Shown here: piece after piece, positions 51,762 to 64,000 of the stretch
Numbering within the stretch: position 1 is the first letter of the stretch
Layout: the number at the start of each line of letters is the position of its first letter
NCBI RefSeq assembly: GCF_022539665.2
Contig: NC_081331.1
Span: 930,001 to 994,000, forward strand
Length of the DNA stretch: 64,000 nt
DNA from: Daphnia carinata
Lineage: Eukaryota
Direction: 5' to 3'
Translations under genes and position numbers: made by a program
Notes under the pieces: generated by a model
Told to the model about the DNA's origin: nothing
Databases searched by the model: none
What the model saw: the letters and a program-made list of their open reading frames with translations, nothing else

Positions 51762-52263
51762 CAAGCTCAGTCCGAGAAAATCGAATGGATTGCTGCTACT
51801 TATTACGTACGGAAATGATTGTGATACAGGAAAAGCTGGATTTAACAAAAATTAGGGGCATTACCAAACTTTATTTTACTACAATCACATCGGCGGCGAA
51901 CACTTCTATTACTTTCCCTATACGTTCATTTGTTCTCAAGACGAATGCAACAAATCAAGTACAAAAATGTAAAATGTTATGAAGAATTTATACACGTTAA
52001 GGTAGACGCCGAACGGAATGAAGATATGTGCATTAATTTCTTGCTTGAAGAATAACACAATAATGACTATGTAAATTACGGTTTTTGAAATGTGATTCAA
52101 ACGAAGAATTGGGAATGTGTGCTGAAAGCTAACCTTTTCCCGCTGCATACAAATAGATATTAGAAAGTTATTGCGGTTTAAACAAAGATCCTTAAACCGA
52201 ACAATTATAACACGTGTAGCTTCCTGCGATCGAAGACGAGAAAATAGTTTCCTTCCTTTATTA

Positions 52264-53691
52264 TCACAGAGAACGCTTTTTCTTATCTCTGTTCTCCATG
52301 CATTTGACAACAATTCGGTCAAATTTAAACAGATAAAAGACAGAAACTAGACGAACAAGTCCCATTGAAAACACCTAAACGAAGTGCCAGTAAAATTAAG
52401 TATCTTTTCCATTTTTTCAAATCAATTAATTAATGAATCAATATATCTTTTATATCTTTTAAATTTTTGTGTATGCCTACCTGTATGAGTAAATCAACGA
52501 ATGAAGTAACAGGTGACATTCCAGCGCAAACTGTTGACTGCAGAAATCCCTCCAACCCAACCGTGCTGACAAATTTTCCTTTCTATATGGTACATAAAGG
52601 ATTCCGTTTAAGAATTACAAGTACGTTAACGTTCACACAGCTTACTAAAGTGTGATCCAGTAAAGCTTTTGCGACCGTTTCAGGCGAGAATAGCCCAGCC
52701 GACTCAGAAATAAGGCGAGTCTCTTCCGGTTTGTCTTTATTTTCTTCAGCAAAGCCAGGCGTATCCGTATCCGGTGGGAAACTCACAGTTATTGTTAGAT
52801 TGTAAGGCTTCAACTACTTTTAGATAGGCAAAGGTTTTGGTTGTTATTCAAGCTATGAAAAAAGCTCTCACTACTTAGAGCAATCACCTCCATGGCAAGC
52901 GCTTCCGCCAAACCCCGTAATGCAAATTTTGATGCCGCGTAAGCAGCAAATCCATAAATGCCGCACAAACCACCTTGTGATGACACAAATACAATGCCCC
53001 CTTCTCTTCTCCCTTTCATGCCACTAATGACAGCATGTGAAAATTGGGCTGCTCCAAGGTAGTTGACAGCCATTAATCTCTAGAGAGCAAGTTTGCAGGT
53101 TTAATGAAGTTTATCAAAGGTGGAAATAGTATTGATGGTTACCTTCATTTCATCTACAGAAGTATCTTCAAAGCGTGCTGCTTTAGCATAGCCTGCACAA
53201 TTAGCTAATAGAAATAGGGGTCCTAGTTCCTCTTCAGCCTGTAGTACTGTGCGTTCGACTTGTTCATATGACCCACTCACATCAGCTAGGTAGTAAGACC
53301 ATTAATTTCAACAAATATTTAATTAATATGTTCAATTTACTGGAAAAACATGACACTTTTTGTTCAGCAGCAGAAGCAAACTTTAAGATTTCAGCTCTGG
53401 CTTCTTCAAGAAGGGCTGGGTTTCTTGCAACTAAGGACACATGAGCCCCATTCTTGACACATTCTATTGCTAAATATTTTCCAATGCCACTTGAGCCTCC
53501 AGTTACCTGTTGAGAAAAAAAAATTGCATTGCTCATCAAAAAGATAATAGACAGGTTTCTACCATGACATGTTTTCCTTTAAGACTTCTAGGTTTGGCAG
53601 CATAAAATCCAACCCAAGTCCCAAATATTAGGGCAATACTTGTCACTATAACGAACTCAATCGTCATAAGATCCCAAATGATATGAAGCAT
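52264..53691 (-). CDS. KDSR: 3-ketodihydrosphingosine reductase (SDR family)
   Basis: N-terminal TM segment, [16 protein letters not shown] nucleotide-binding motif, [14 protein letters not shown] catalytic motif, [19 protein letters not shown] signature, and C-terminal hydrophobic segment ending KKKRSL*. Confidence 0.92.
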
Positions 53692-54141
53692 TTTTCTTTA
53701 AACAACTACCAGAACGGGTGAATTAACCGCTGAATCAACGATTTTATGATAAATTAAAACAAATAAACTCGGAAGTGGTTAAGAGTAGACAGAGGCCCCT
53801 TCTGCCAGTTTCGCCGTTGCGCAGTAAAATATTTAATTAGCATTTTAAGCAGAATGCAAATTTCATTTTGCTCGATTTCTTTTTTAAGAGATGTAACTGA
53901 GCCTGTATGATTTCTCAATAATTTCATTAATTCAAGCAATTTTCACAAATTCTGAAAATTCCAGATATCTTTGGATACTTTCTACAAGATGTCACTTCCA
54001 ACAAGGCTTTTTTCGTCCGTCATGGTGAGTGGTGTTGGTTTATTGATAACGTGATAACGTAATCAAACGCAAATGAGCAGAACTCGCAAGTGTGGAAGAC
54101 TCCCAATGGATCATAATAGCCTATTCTTCTAATTAATCACA

Positions 54142-55511
54142 ATGAAAAAACTCAATTGGAGTGGTTTAGATTTTCTTCGGAGGGATCGAGGCGCGATCGC
54201 TCGTGAATCGAACTCGAATACATCAACCCAATTAGGGACCAATCGATGGAGCTCCGAGTCCAAGCTTCAAATGACAGATTCAGTTTCTCAGAGCAGTAGT
54301 GATTACAATCAGGAGAAACCCCTCTCTAACAAAGGCAGGTTGAGCTTCAGTGATCTTCTACGCCTAAAGAAAAGTCCAGGTGAGTCTGGCTATGCAGAAC
54401 CTAAGACCAAATCAAGTATACTGGACACATTGAAACGCAAGTTCAAGATTGCCAGGAGTGAACATTCTCGCATCAGAAATATGAATAAACGCCACAGTTT
54501 CTCCCTTTCCATATCCTCAATAGCAGAAGAATCATGTGATCGGGATTCACTACCAAAGAGTAAAACTCTACCTACTGTTCAACAGACTTGTCGCTTGTGT
54601 TCCATGCCCAACTCAGTGAGAAGTACAAGGGGGAATTGTTGTGATATTCATAGTGAACTAGATCCACTTGCTGAAAACCAAGATGACCACAATGACAACA
54701 GTTTACCAGTAGCTGTACAAGTAAGGTCCTTCTCCCATTAAAATAAAATCCCTAATTAATAATTGCCTTATATATCTATGTATATATAATGATATAACAT
54801 GTGTGTATCTATATCTACAGGAAGTGAGGCCACCTCCTGTAAATGGTTCAGAATTGTTACATCCCATTAGTACTGCAGAAACCGAAATGTCATCACATAG
54901 TCCTAGCAGCGTGGCGGCACTAACCACAGCTGCCTCCAGTAACAGTAATTTAGCGTGGGAACTTTTCAAGTTGGTTAAGTATGGATGGTATTGGGGACGG
55001 ATGACCAGAGGAGAAGCCGAACGGAAGTTGGTAGATCAGCCCGACGGAGCTTTTCTGGTGCGCGATTCAAGTGACGATTGTCACCTGTTGAGTCTTAGTT
55101 TTCGATCCTATGGTCGAACCTTACACACACGAATCGAACACACTAACGGATACTTCAGCTTTTACGCTTACCCCGAGGCCGAACAGCATAGCAGCGTCGG
55201 TCAGCTTATTGAACATTTGATGGATACGTCTCGTTCTGGCATATTTTGCTACTCTAGGTAATTAGTAACATACAAATTATAAATGTTTTTTGAAAGTTTG
55301 ATCAGAATGAATCAACCGATTTAGGTCACGCTCTCCTGGATCACCCTCATATCCCGTCCGACTGACCAAACCTGTATCACGATTTTCTGAGGTGCTACCG
55401 TTGCAATACATGTGCCGATTCGTCATCCGCCAATACGTTAGGATGGATCACATAGAAGCTCTGCCGCTGCCCGAGTCTCTCAAGTCGTTCATCGTTCGGG
55501 GCAATTCGTAA
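54142..55511 (+). CDS. SOCS6: Suppressor of cytokine signaling, SOCS6-like (SH2 + SOCS box)
   Basis: SH2 GWYWGRMTRGEAERKL...FLVRDSSDD...LSLSFRS...LHTRIEH, followed by FCYSR|SRSPGSPSYPVRLTKPVSRF and SOCS box LQYMCRFVIRQ...LPLP. Three exons, stop at 55509-55511. Confidence 0.88.
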
Positions 55512-56873
55512 CTATGAAATTCTCTCACAAATGTCAAAGGAGTGCCTCTCCATTATTGGAGAGAGGGATCTAAACATGCTGTTGATCGCATCTCGTGGAT
55601 CTATGCGTGAATCGGATAATCAGTATAAAATATATATATATATATATTCTAATACAGTGTTTTATGCTGAAAACCATCTACAGGTGAAAAAAAACGTTTT
55701 TGTACAGTTCTAGTTCTACAGTTAAAATCAGAAAGCGACAAAAGTTAGCCCTTTAAAAAAGTTTGGGTAGAAAGCAATACTGCTTTACCACCAACCCTAC
55801 TAAATGAACACAGCAGATGTGGCTTATATATTCGTTTTTATAATTTAAATGTTCATTTTCTTAAATCTTCCAACGTTTTCGAAATTTGTTTGTTTGTTAG
55901 TGAAATTAACAACGTCCTTAATGAAGAACCCTTTCACCTGTTATTCACTGTCTAACAAATTATTAGATTAAAATTTAAGGAAATATTCGGATATTGTAAA
56001 AAGGAACTTCAACGGGCACAGGCTTGAAATTACAGTTAAACTCAAACGTCAAAGCTGCAGCAAATGTAAAAATGCTACTTTTGATCCATTAGTGAAAAAG
56101 TACTCACTCCAAAAGCAGGCATATTCAATCTTTTTCCGTCATTACACTCACCATCACTATCATAGGTCATGGGTTATGTTTGGTAACGTCCTTGTGTAAG
56201 ACCTTTATGCTGTCACGGTGGTACATCTTCTGTACAAAATAACATCGACCATAAAACGGTCTACTAAAGGCTGAATCGAGAATAAAATTCTGATAGAAAT
56301 AAAGGAAAAAAATACTCAGTTCCTGTGTGTGCAACATAAAAGGGTCATAGCATTCAGTGGAAGTGTGGATATTCCACAGTTTACCTGACCAACATCTGCG
56401 GCTAGCAGTTTGCACACAGAAACGTGAACACTCTGCGTTAGAAAGCATGTTTTCCTTTTCATGGTACCATCGGTTTTTGAGTTGTGATTGGTATATTTGA
56501 TTTCCTTTCCCTTCCATTTCAAGAAAACCAAAACCGATCTAACGGATTTAAGTTACATACAATTTCCGATTTAATTTCTTTCTTTCTTTTTTTTTGTGAT
56601 TCAAAGCAATTAAAAAATTATTGTATCACATTCCAGTCCTTGCAGTCTAGTCTACCGCGTAATTACTTAGAAGAAAGGACGCGTAGCAGACCTAATTTCC
56701 TTCATCTCTTTTGCAAATACATTTCTTCCTGACTTTAGCATGCCTTCAAAGCGAACTGTGGTGTTTGATTCTTGGATGAGTAAAAAAAGATTAAAAATAA
56801 TAAAGGCACGTTCTATATACATAAGCTGCCTATCTGAATGGGTGACACTCAAAGCAAAATTCGGTTGGGATTT

Positions 56874-56946
56874 ACGGTCCTGGCACTGTGATTATCACCC
56901 ACGCTTTGTATTCTGTAGTCCCCGGGTTCAAATCCCGCCACCGCCA
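56874..56946 (+). mobile_element. Degenerate tRNA-like sequence (tRNA pseudogene or tRNA-derived SINE head)
   Basis: 73 nt containing A-box-like TGGCACTGTG, T-arm CGGG-TTCAAAT-CCCG (B box), a partial acceptor stem (CGGT/ACCG) and terminal CCA. The D and anticodon stems do not pair well. Confidence 0.5.
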
Positions 56947-57264
56947 ATTTCCAAGCACTCCCTTCCCTCCATGCTTCCCTCCATGCTCCCCCCCCCACCC
57001 CCATCCTCAACATTCATCTCAACGGATTCGCCAGATTCTTCACCTCATCGGATTACGCAAGATTCTTCATCTCATCGCATTATATATTACTACATCTTCA
57101 TCGCTTCGGACATCATCTGCACAAAACAATTGACGCTGGAAAAGCCTTCAAGAAAGATGAGCCATGCCTACTATAAAGGGGCTAAATGGCACCACACTAA
57201 AAAAACACACACACTTGACACGCATACAGACGTTTCACATCGATGCGCAGCTAATCATGTATGC

Positions 57265-57449
57265 GACCCTCTTCGATACCCGTAAGTTTTTGGTGGTTCT
57301 GACCAACATCTGGCAGTTTAGTAGGTAGGAGGCTAGTAAATTAAAAATAATATCTGAAAGAAGACCCTCTTCGATAAATGACCAACATCTGCGGCTGGCA
57401 GTTTAGTAGGTAGGTAGGCTAGTAAATAAAGTACCAATTAAAAATAATA
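57265..57449. repeat. Imperfect tandem duplication (~98-nt period) upstream of cyclin C
   Basis: GACCCTCTTCGATA...TGACCAACATCTG(CGGCTG)GCAGTTTAGTAGGTAGG...GGCTAGTAAAT...AATTAAAAATAATA occurs starting at 57265 and 57363. The core TGACCAACATCTGCGGCT recurs at 56386. Confidence 0.85.
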
Positions 57450-57744
57450 AAGGAAAATGCAAAAAACTTTATATTCCGCAATGTAGCAATATTCCACCAA
57501 GCTATTCCACGCTATTCATAGTAGGTCCAAGTGTACCCTTCTGTCAACAGTTTCGGAAGTCGACGACTCCTCCCATTTCCACTGTAATTTCCACGGCTTA
57601 CCGCCCCAAGGATACCACTCACCGTACTCAACCGTCAGTCCCCCATCTCAGTTTACAATAGTTGTTGTATATTACAGTTGTCTTGAATGACAGGTAAACC
57701 AAATTAAGTAATAAGGAAACAATTAAAACCAGAGCCGAAAACAA

Positions 57745-58880
57745 ATGGCTGGGAATTTCTGGCAGAGCTCACACTGGTTAGTAATGCTTTTCTAATTTCT
57801 TAATGAATATTTGTCTGATGATTCATTTTGGAAAATCGCAGTCAGCAGTGGTTACTAGATCCTTCTGACCTGGTTCGAGAACGGCAAGTGGATTTTGCTA
57901 TCGTAACAGAGGAAGATTATCAAAAATTATTCATATTCTTCAGTAACTGTAGGTTATTTCACTGACTATAACCTTACCAATGTAAGTAGTTCCATTTCAA
58001 AATCAGTCATCCAGGTTCTGGGAGAGCACTTGAAACTGAAACAGCAAGTCATTGCAACTGCCACTGTGTACTTTAAACGTTTTTATGCACGAAATTCTTT
58101 GAAATGTATTGATCCACTATTGCTTGCACCTACATGCATATTACTGGCTTCAAAGGTGGAAGAATTTGGCGTAATTTCAAACAACAGGCTCATCACTACT
58201 TGTCAGTCAGTCGGTATGTGAATCACAATTCAAATGAAACAAATACTACTATTTAATTTTTTTCCAATTAAATAGTGAAATCTAAATTCAACTATGCCTA
58301 TCCTCAAGAATTTCCTTACAGAGCAAATCACATTCTTGAGTGTGAATTCTATTTATTGGAAAATATGGATTGTTGCCTTGTTGTTTACCAACCTTACAGG
58401 TACTGGATAATCTGTATTACTGCAATTTTTCTTTTTTACTTTTGTTTCTTTAAGCAACTGTTCTTGTTTCAAATGAACCTACAGGCCACTTGTCCAGTTT
58501 GTTCAAGATATTGGACAAGAAGATCTTCTTGGATTGTCCTGGAAAATAGTCAATGATAGCCTAAGAACTGATATCTCACTCTTGTATCCCCCATACCAAA
58601 TTGCATTAGGTTAGTTTGATTCATTTGTATTGCGTGTTCCGTTCTGTTCTTTATCTTCATTTTATTTTAAAATCTAGCTGCAATGCAAATGGCTTGTGTT
58701 GTGCTACAAAAAGACGGCAAAAATTGGTTTGCAGAAATTGCTGTAGACACGGACAAAATTCAAGAGATCACTCGCCAAATACTGGCGTTGTACGATCTTT
58801 ACAAGACGTATGACGAGAAAAAAGAAATTCAGGGATTGCTGGCGAAGATGCCAAAACCGAAATCACAGCCAAGTCGGTAG
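57745..58880 (+). CDS. CCNC: Cyclin C (Mediator CDK8 module)
   Basis: [83 protein letters not shown], ending [13 protein letters not shown]. Confidence 0.96.
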
Positions 58881-59162
58881 GGTATTTTTTAAATATGCTA
58901 GTTCCAAATTTTTTCCCTTTATCACATTGCAAAAAAAAAACTTTCAAATTGATTAATACACTGTGATAACTACGTAGGCCTCCATCGTCAGCGCAGTCAC
59001 AGGACCCTAGCGGAATACAGGGCACAAATGAGCAGTCCATGAGCGTGACAAATTGATAGTATCCTAAATTAATTTTTTTTATATTGCAACACAAACATTG
59101 TGTTATGAACAATTATTTAATACATGTTTTTTTTAACAAAATGAGAATGCAATTTCTCTACC

Positions 59163-60352
59163 CTAGTTAATAGACAACAGCAAGGCAGGAAGGATGTACA
59201 AAAGTGACTGAACTGAAGAAACTTCGTAACCTACAGCCCTGTTACTCTGTTGAATTTTCCAGCGTGCTACGTTTTCATTTGGGTTGCCTTGACTACCGTC
59301 AAACCAGATACGCATGCAGGGTTCAGAATTATCGGTATACTTCCAGGAATGATCCCAAACCTTGTGCAAAATTTTTTAATATAGTGAAAGCAGCAAAAAA
59401 AAATCATATTCCTTACCCGTTCACAGAAATTAGAAGAATTTTGAAAGATTTCAGAGAACGTGCGACATTCTGATTCAGGTCGGCAACGATTGGTCCCATT
59501 AATCCATTCGAAGTTCAACGTCCAGTTGTCTGTACAAGTTAAATCATCCTTGCAAGCTTTAAACCAATCATCACAGTCGGTGGCACAGAGAGGCACGTCT
59601 AAAAATCTTTCTCGTCGCATTTTCATGCTTGATACCTAGATCCATAAATATATTATATTTTCTGACATATTGACATTTAAAAAAGTTATTTAGAAAATTA
59701 GTATTCAGAATGGTATCTCAGAATTGTTAAGTTCTGATGAGATCCAGGGGAATTTCCTACAGGCTATTGTTTTTCAACATATTTGATGTGCTGTTGAATA
59801 ATCAAGCATGAATAACTTTCTACTTTGAACTTGTCAAATATCTTAGACAAAGGTATTGTATATATTATTATGGGGAGTAGTTATTTCATCTATTTTAATC
59901 TCAACTTACCATCTGAACCCATGGGCCTACATTTGGTGAACATTCATAGAAACACAGATCTTGCACAAAATGTTCAAGGCATTTGTTTGACATTTTGTGA
60001 TTGGGGCAGTGGTTGTAATTGAAGCCATACATTTCACCTCCATGACCATGAGCCTTCATTGTGGTGTCTCCAGTACAGCATGAATTGTTTTTCCATGGTG
60101 AACACTGAAAACAAAATGTAAGAATACGCATAATAAGAACAGTAGCACATCGAGAAAAATTTTGCGTACCTGTTCGTGTAAAGAATCTTCCGGTCCAGGC
60201 TCTCGTTTGTGATTATTGCCATCAATACAGGAGTTTACCAATTGCCTTTTATCCTTTATGCTGATTTGACTAAAAGCTGAACTAAGCAATCCTAAAATTA
60301 AAAAAATGGTGACGAAATAATGTCCGACACATCTTTTTTGATGGGAGCGCAT
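59163..60352 (-). CDS. Folate receptor family protein (signal peptide, Cys-rich Folate_rec domain, GPI-type C-terminus)
   Basis: CIDGNNHKREPGPEDSLHEQ|CSPWKNNSCC...YGFNYNHC...C..HFVQDLCFYECSPNVGPW...RERFLDVPLC..DC..W..AC....TC..NW...W...C...WDHS...C...WFD...GNPNENVAR, then a hydrophobic tail. This is the folate receptor cysteine pattern. Confidence 0.9.
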
Positions 60353-61310
60353 GGCCAAAGCCAAATATCTTCTGCTAGAGGAGCACGTCGTGAATGGCGG
60401 TCCGTACACAGTCCTCTTCCCAATGCGAATGATCGTTTTCGTGCTACACAACGAACAAAGGGAAGGGTTGCGGCCTTCGGCTCGTTTCAAAATGCATCGG
60501 CTAGGATGTATGTTAATTGAGATAATAATGAAATCACGCCAATATCACCACATCAGCACCGCTTCATGTATCAAATCACGTTTCATCGTGTGTGCTTTTT
60601 GGTTTCCCTTTGGTTTTATCTATTAGTTAGTCACATCAAAGTTTTCTTTCGGCAGTGAAATAAAAAATGGCAGAATTAGCGCTCAATAAATACTCTTAAG
60701 GTAAGTGTTTTATGAAACATTTTTGAAAATAAATTTCGAACTTCAGGAAGCTGATTCTTTAGTTGGCCTGGTTAGCATATAAACATATGCAATTGGATGG
60801 CATACCTATGCATGTTAAAACAATTAATATATTCTTTACACACATCCTTGCTAAAGAGCGTTACAATAAACTAAAATAAATGACGGTAACAATGGTTTTC
60901 TTTTTAAAGAAAACGGTAAACTTGAAAAGCTTGAATTATCGAATTCGAAAGTCAAGGATCCAGTCAGTAGATGGCATTCTGATCATTTTTCGACGTCACA
61001 ATATGGCCGTGGTTTTCTAGAGAATGTTTTTCCATTCATCAGCAGCGAAGACATTTTCTGATTTACGGTTTGTTTGCGTGATTACCCAATGCAGATACGC
61101 CTATCTGCTTGGTATTCATTAATTGTCTTCAGATTGAATCCCGGTCGTCGGAGTCCCTCACGACCCATAAATATCGATTTTTGAAAAATCCTATATTCAG
61201 CTAACACTGTCTAGTTAAAATTAGGGAGTGCGTTTCTCTTGTGAAATCAATCAAAGACTCAGTTGCTTTCTCCGGAGAATTCGATTTGAAAAGTACTCTG
61301 AAAAAAAGAA

Positions 61311-64000
61311 ATGTCTAGGCATGAAGGTAAGTCCTAATAATAAATAAACCAAACATTTTGTCTTTGTCAAAAATTTCATAAAGAAAAAATATTTTGTTAT
61401 ACTATTCTGATCCTCAGTTTTTATGTATTATATTTTTTTAGTTAACAGCATACTTGAGATCATAATTTTCTTCATTACTATTTAGGTGTCAGCTGTGATT
61501 CTTGTATCAAAGGAAATTTTAGGGGTTTACGGTTCAAATGTTTGATATGCTACGACTATGACTTGTGTGCAACTTGCTATGAGGCAGGAGCCACCAACAC
61601 ACGCCACACTGCAGATCATCCCATGCAGTGTATACTCACCAGATCAGACTATGGTTTGCCATTTTAGTTTAACTTCTTATTATTTTTTAGTCATTCCAAT
61701 TATGCTTTTGAACAGATACTTTCTATGGAGGGGAGTCAATCAGCTCAGATACACCCCAGTCTTTCTCATGTCCTTATTGTGGGAAGCTTGGGTACACTGA
61801 GACAGGATTGTATGACCATGTGACCTCAGACCATACAGAAACACCTTATGAAGTGGTAAGTCTTTTTCTAAACAAGGTATTAGCATTAACCTTCAATATG
61901 GGAAACTAAAATTTTGATTAGGTTTGTCCCATATGTGCATCATTACCGGGTGGAGAACCTAATCAAGTTACAGAAGATTTTGCTGCCCATCTTACCATGG
62001 AACATCGTGGTAAAATTTCGTCCACAATAAATATTAAACTAATTTTTGTTTACCGATTTGTACTTTGCTATAGGTGGCATTATTGGCCATAATGGTGTTT
62101 TACGAGAAGAAGAACCAGGAGGAATTGGTCGAGGTGTTCGTCGTATTCCGCATCCAGCTCGTGGATCATCTGGCCCCAGAACACGAAGACCTAACATGCA
62201 CTTTACGTAATTCAATATTATAATTAGCGTAGAATGTTCCCTTTTGTACCTGAAGCTTTTCTTTCTTTCGCATTTTTTTTCTTAGTTCTACAGGTTCTGT
62301 TCTGACATCGTCGGGAAGTACGCCTGGATCTAATTCCAGTTCATCGAGAGAGCGTGATCGGGAACGCGAAAGAGAGGCCATGGATCCTATCGCTGAACTT
62401 CTCTCTCAATTGAGTGGGGTTCGTAGAGGACTGAGTGGTGTCTCTGGGGCTTCCGGTCTTGGTAGTGTTCTTGGCTTGGGTGCCCTTGGATCGTTAGGCG
62501 GAGCTCTGGGCTCACTAGGAGGTAAGAGGCCTGCTATAGGTTTGTCCCCATCATTTAAAAAAATATATCTTAATGATTTCGACCTCAGCTAATTTAAGTG
62601 GTCCGTCGCCTGGCTCCTCCAGTTCTGGCTTGCCAACACCTTCCGGCAGAGGAAGACTATTGGGATTAGTTGGAAGAGACAATGCGGGTACGCATCACGC
62701 AAATTCTAATTGCAACAGTTTTTAAAATTTTTTACTTTGAATAATTTTTTTATGTTATATTTTCTAATAACTTTTTTATTTACTATAACTATATCATGTA
62801 TAATTAGCTTCATTATTATTTTCTTCATGATATAGGAGCGTTTAGTGAATTAGTCAGTAACGGAGCAAGTGGACAGTCCCAGCCGCAATTAGAGCGACAT
62901 CAGGTACGAGTTCTTCCATTTTATTGGTAATGATGATGATTCACGGCTTGTTACCAGACTTGTTTTGATGGTAATAAATAGGCGCTGAGACTGCCACGGC
63001 GACAGGCACAAGTCATATCAGCACCGTCAACGTTCTCATCAACGAATGTTAATACCGGTGCGGCACCTAATGGTTCCGGTTCAGTTGCACCCACCAATAT
63101 TTCAGTTGGTAGCCGCGATTCAACAAGCAATTCCCATTTACTCTTATCAAGGTTTGTTTACTTTGCGATGCAACTTCCCGAGATACACATTAAATATCTG
63201 TTATTTTAGGTTGGGAAATGTACTAAAAGACGATAGGAAGGAGTCGAACAGTAAAACCTGTCAGGATCGAAGTCTCTTTATACAGGATCTAATCCTTTCC
63301 ACTCTTGCTGCTGGATTTGAATTGGACATTGACGGAGATCTGACCACTCCTTTGTCTAGTGTCGACCTATCTCGGGATGTTTTGCCTACTGATCCTCCTC
63401 CTAAGAATGACCTTACACCGACGAGGGGTACCACTTTTTTGGAATTCCACTTAAAGTAAGATTCTTATTAACGTTTTAATATCATTTAGCGAATCACGTT
63501 GGTGGGACACCTGTGACATTGACCACAAGCAGTACACTGGGCATAGTGGGAATCTCTGCCGCCGATACTATAATTGTGTCGCCCCCAACGTCAGTTACTA
63601 CTGCGTCCGCTTTCCCAGAAGGTTCATCCAACAGTCGACCTACCACCGTTATCAGTGGCTCCCCAGTGTCGACTAGACCCAAGCAAACGGTTCATCACAA
63701 CGAACCGAAAGGTAATAGATTTTTGATAAACAGAGTTCACAAAGGTATTCATAGTTTGTTTTTTTTATTAAACAGGTTCTGGTAATTCAACGTCATCCGT
63801 AACAGGGCGACGAGTAACTCATCACCAGGCGCCACCATCAAGTATGCGCGTTCCCAGTGCCTCCTCTTCTTCAAACTCATTGTCAACGTCTTCGCGACCG
63901 CCTGTTCACAGCTCGAGCGGCGGGATCGGAAGTGGGTCCGTTGGCTCCATGGTTAGATCAAGGAGTCATGGCACTAACGGAGCTAGTGGGACGTCGGGGG
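61311..64000 (+). CDS. KCMF1: E3 ubiquitin ligase KCMF1 (ZZ + C2H2/Di19 zinc fingers), 3' truncated by the window edge
   Basis: MSRHE|GVSCDSCIKGNFRGLRFKCLICYDYDLCATCYE...HPMQCILTR, FSCPYCGKLGYT...H...H, VCPICASLPGGEPN.VT.DFAAHL.MEHR, MDPIAELLSQLSGVRR, DRSLFIQDLILSTL. Confidence 0.93.

Noticed and set aside
51759..51818. PEX2 stop codon TAG-CAA as a readthrough signal
   Set aside because: The context does not match the full CARYYA motif, and the short extension has no evident targeting signal.
56740..57285. 181-aa Pro/Ser-rich ORF
   Set aside because: It runs through the tRNA-like relic and low-complexity duplications, so the open frame is probably incidental.
1..64000. CRISPR arrays, rRNA, intact tRNA genes, transposase or reverse transcriptase ORFs
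   Set aside because: None seen. The window is intron-rich eukaryotic DNA, and many listed ORFs are antisense shadows or fragments of the spliced genes.

Overview
Gene-dense, AT-rich animal genomic DNA with many 55-80 nt GT-AG introns. Intron size and gene content suggest a branchiopod crustacean such as Daphnia (inference). In order, the window holds: three tandem minus-strand ClC-2/ClC-a chloride channel paralogs (the first runs off the left edge); BSDC1; a Venus kinase receptor (VKR); ACOT13; RCC1L; PEX2; KDSR; SOCS6-like; a tRNA-derived repeat remnant; cyclin C; a GPI-anchored folate-receptor homolog; and KCMF1 (runs off the right edge). The most notable observation is an extra N-terminal VKR domain resembling the bacterial glycine-betaine binding protein ProX, with aromatic residues at all three positions of the ProX ligand box. 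The ClC array shows a paralog-specific intron, a 65-nt tract identical between two paralogs, a 1-nt frameshift in the middle copy and non-canonical GxFxP motifs. BSDC1 has a duplicated 66-nt exon, and a pre-miRNA-sized hairpin follows the VKR activation-loop exon. Exon structures were assembled by eye, family assignments come from recalled motifs, and no database search was run.
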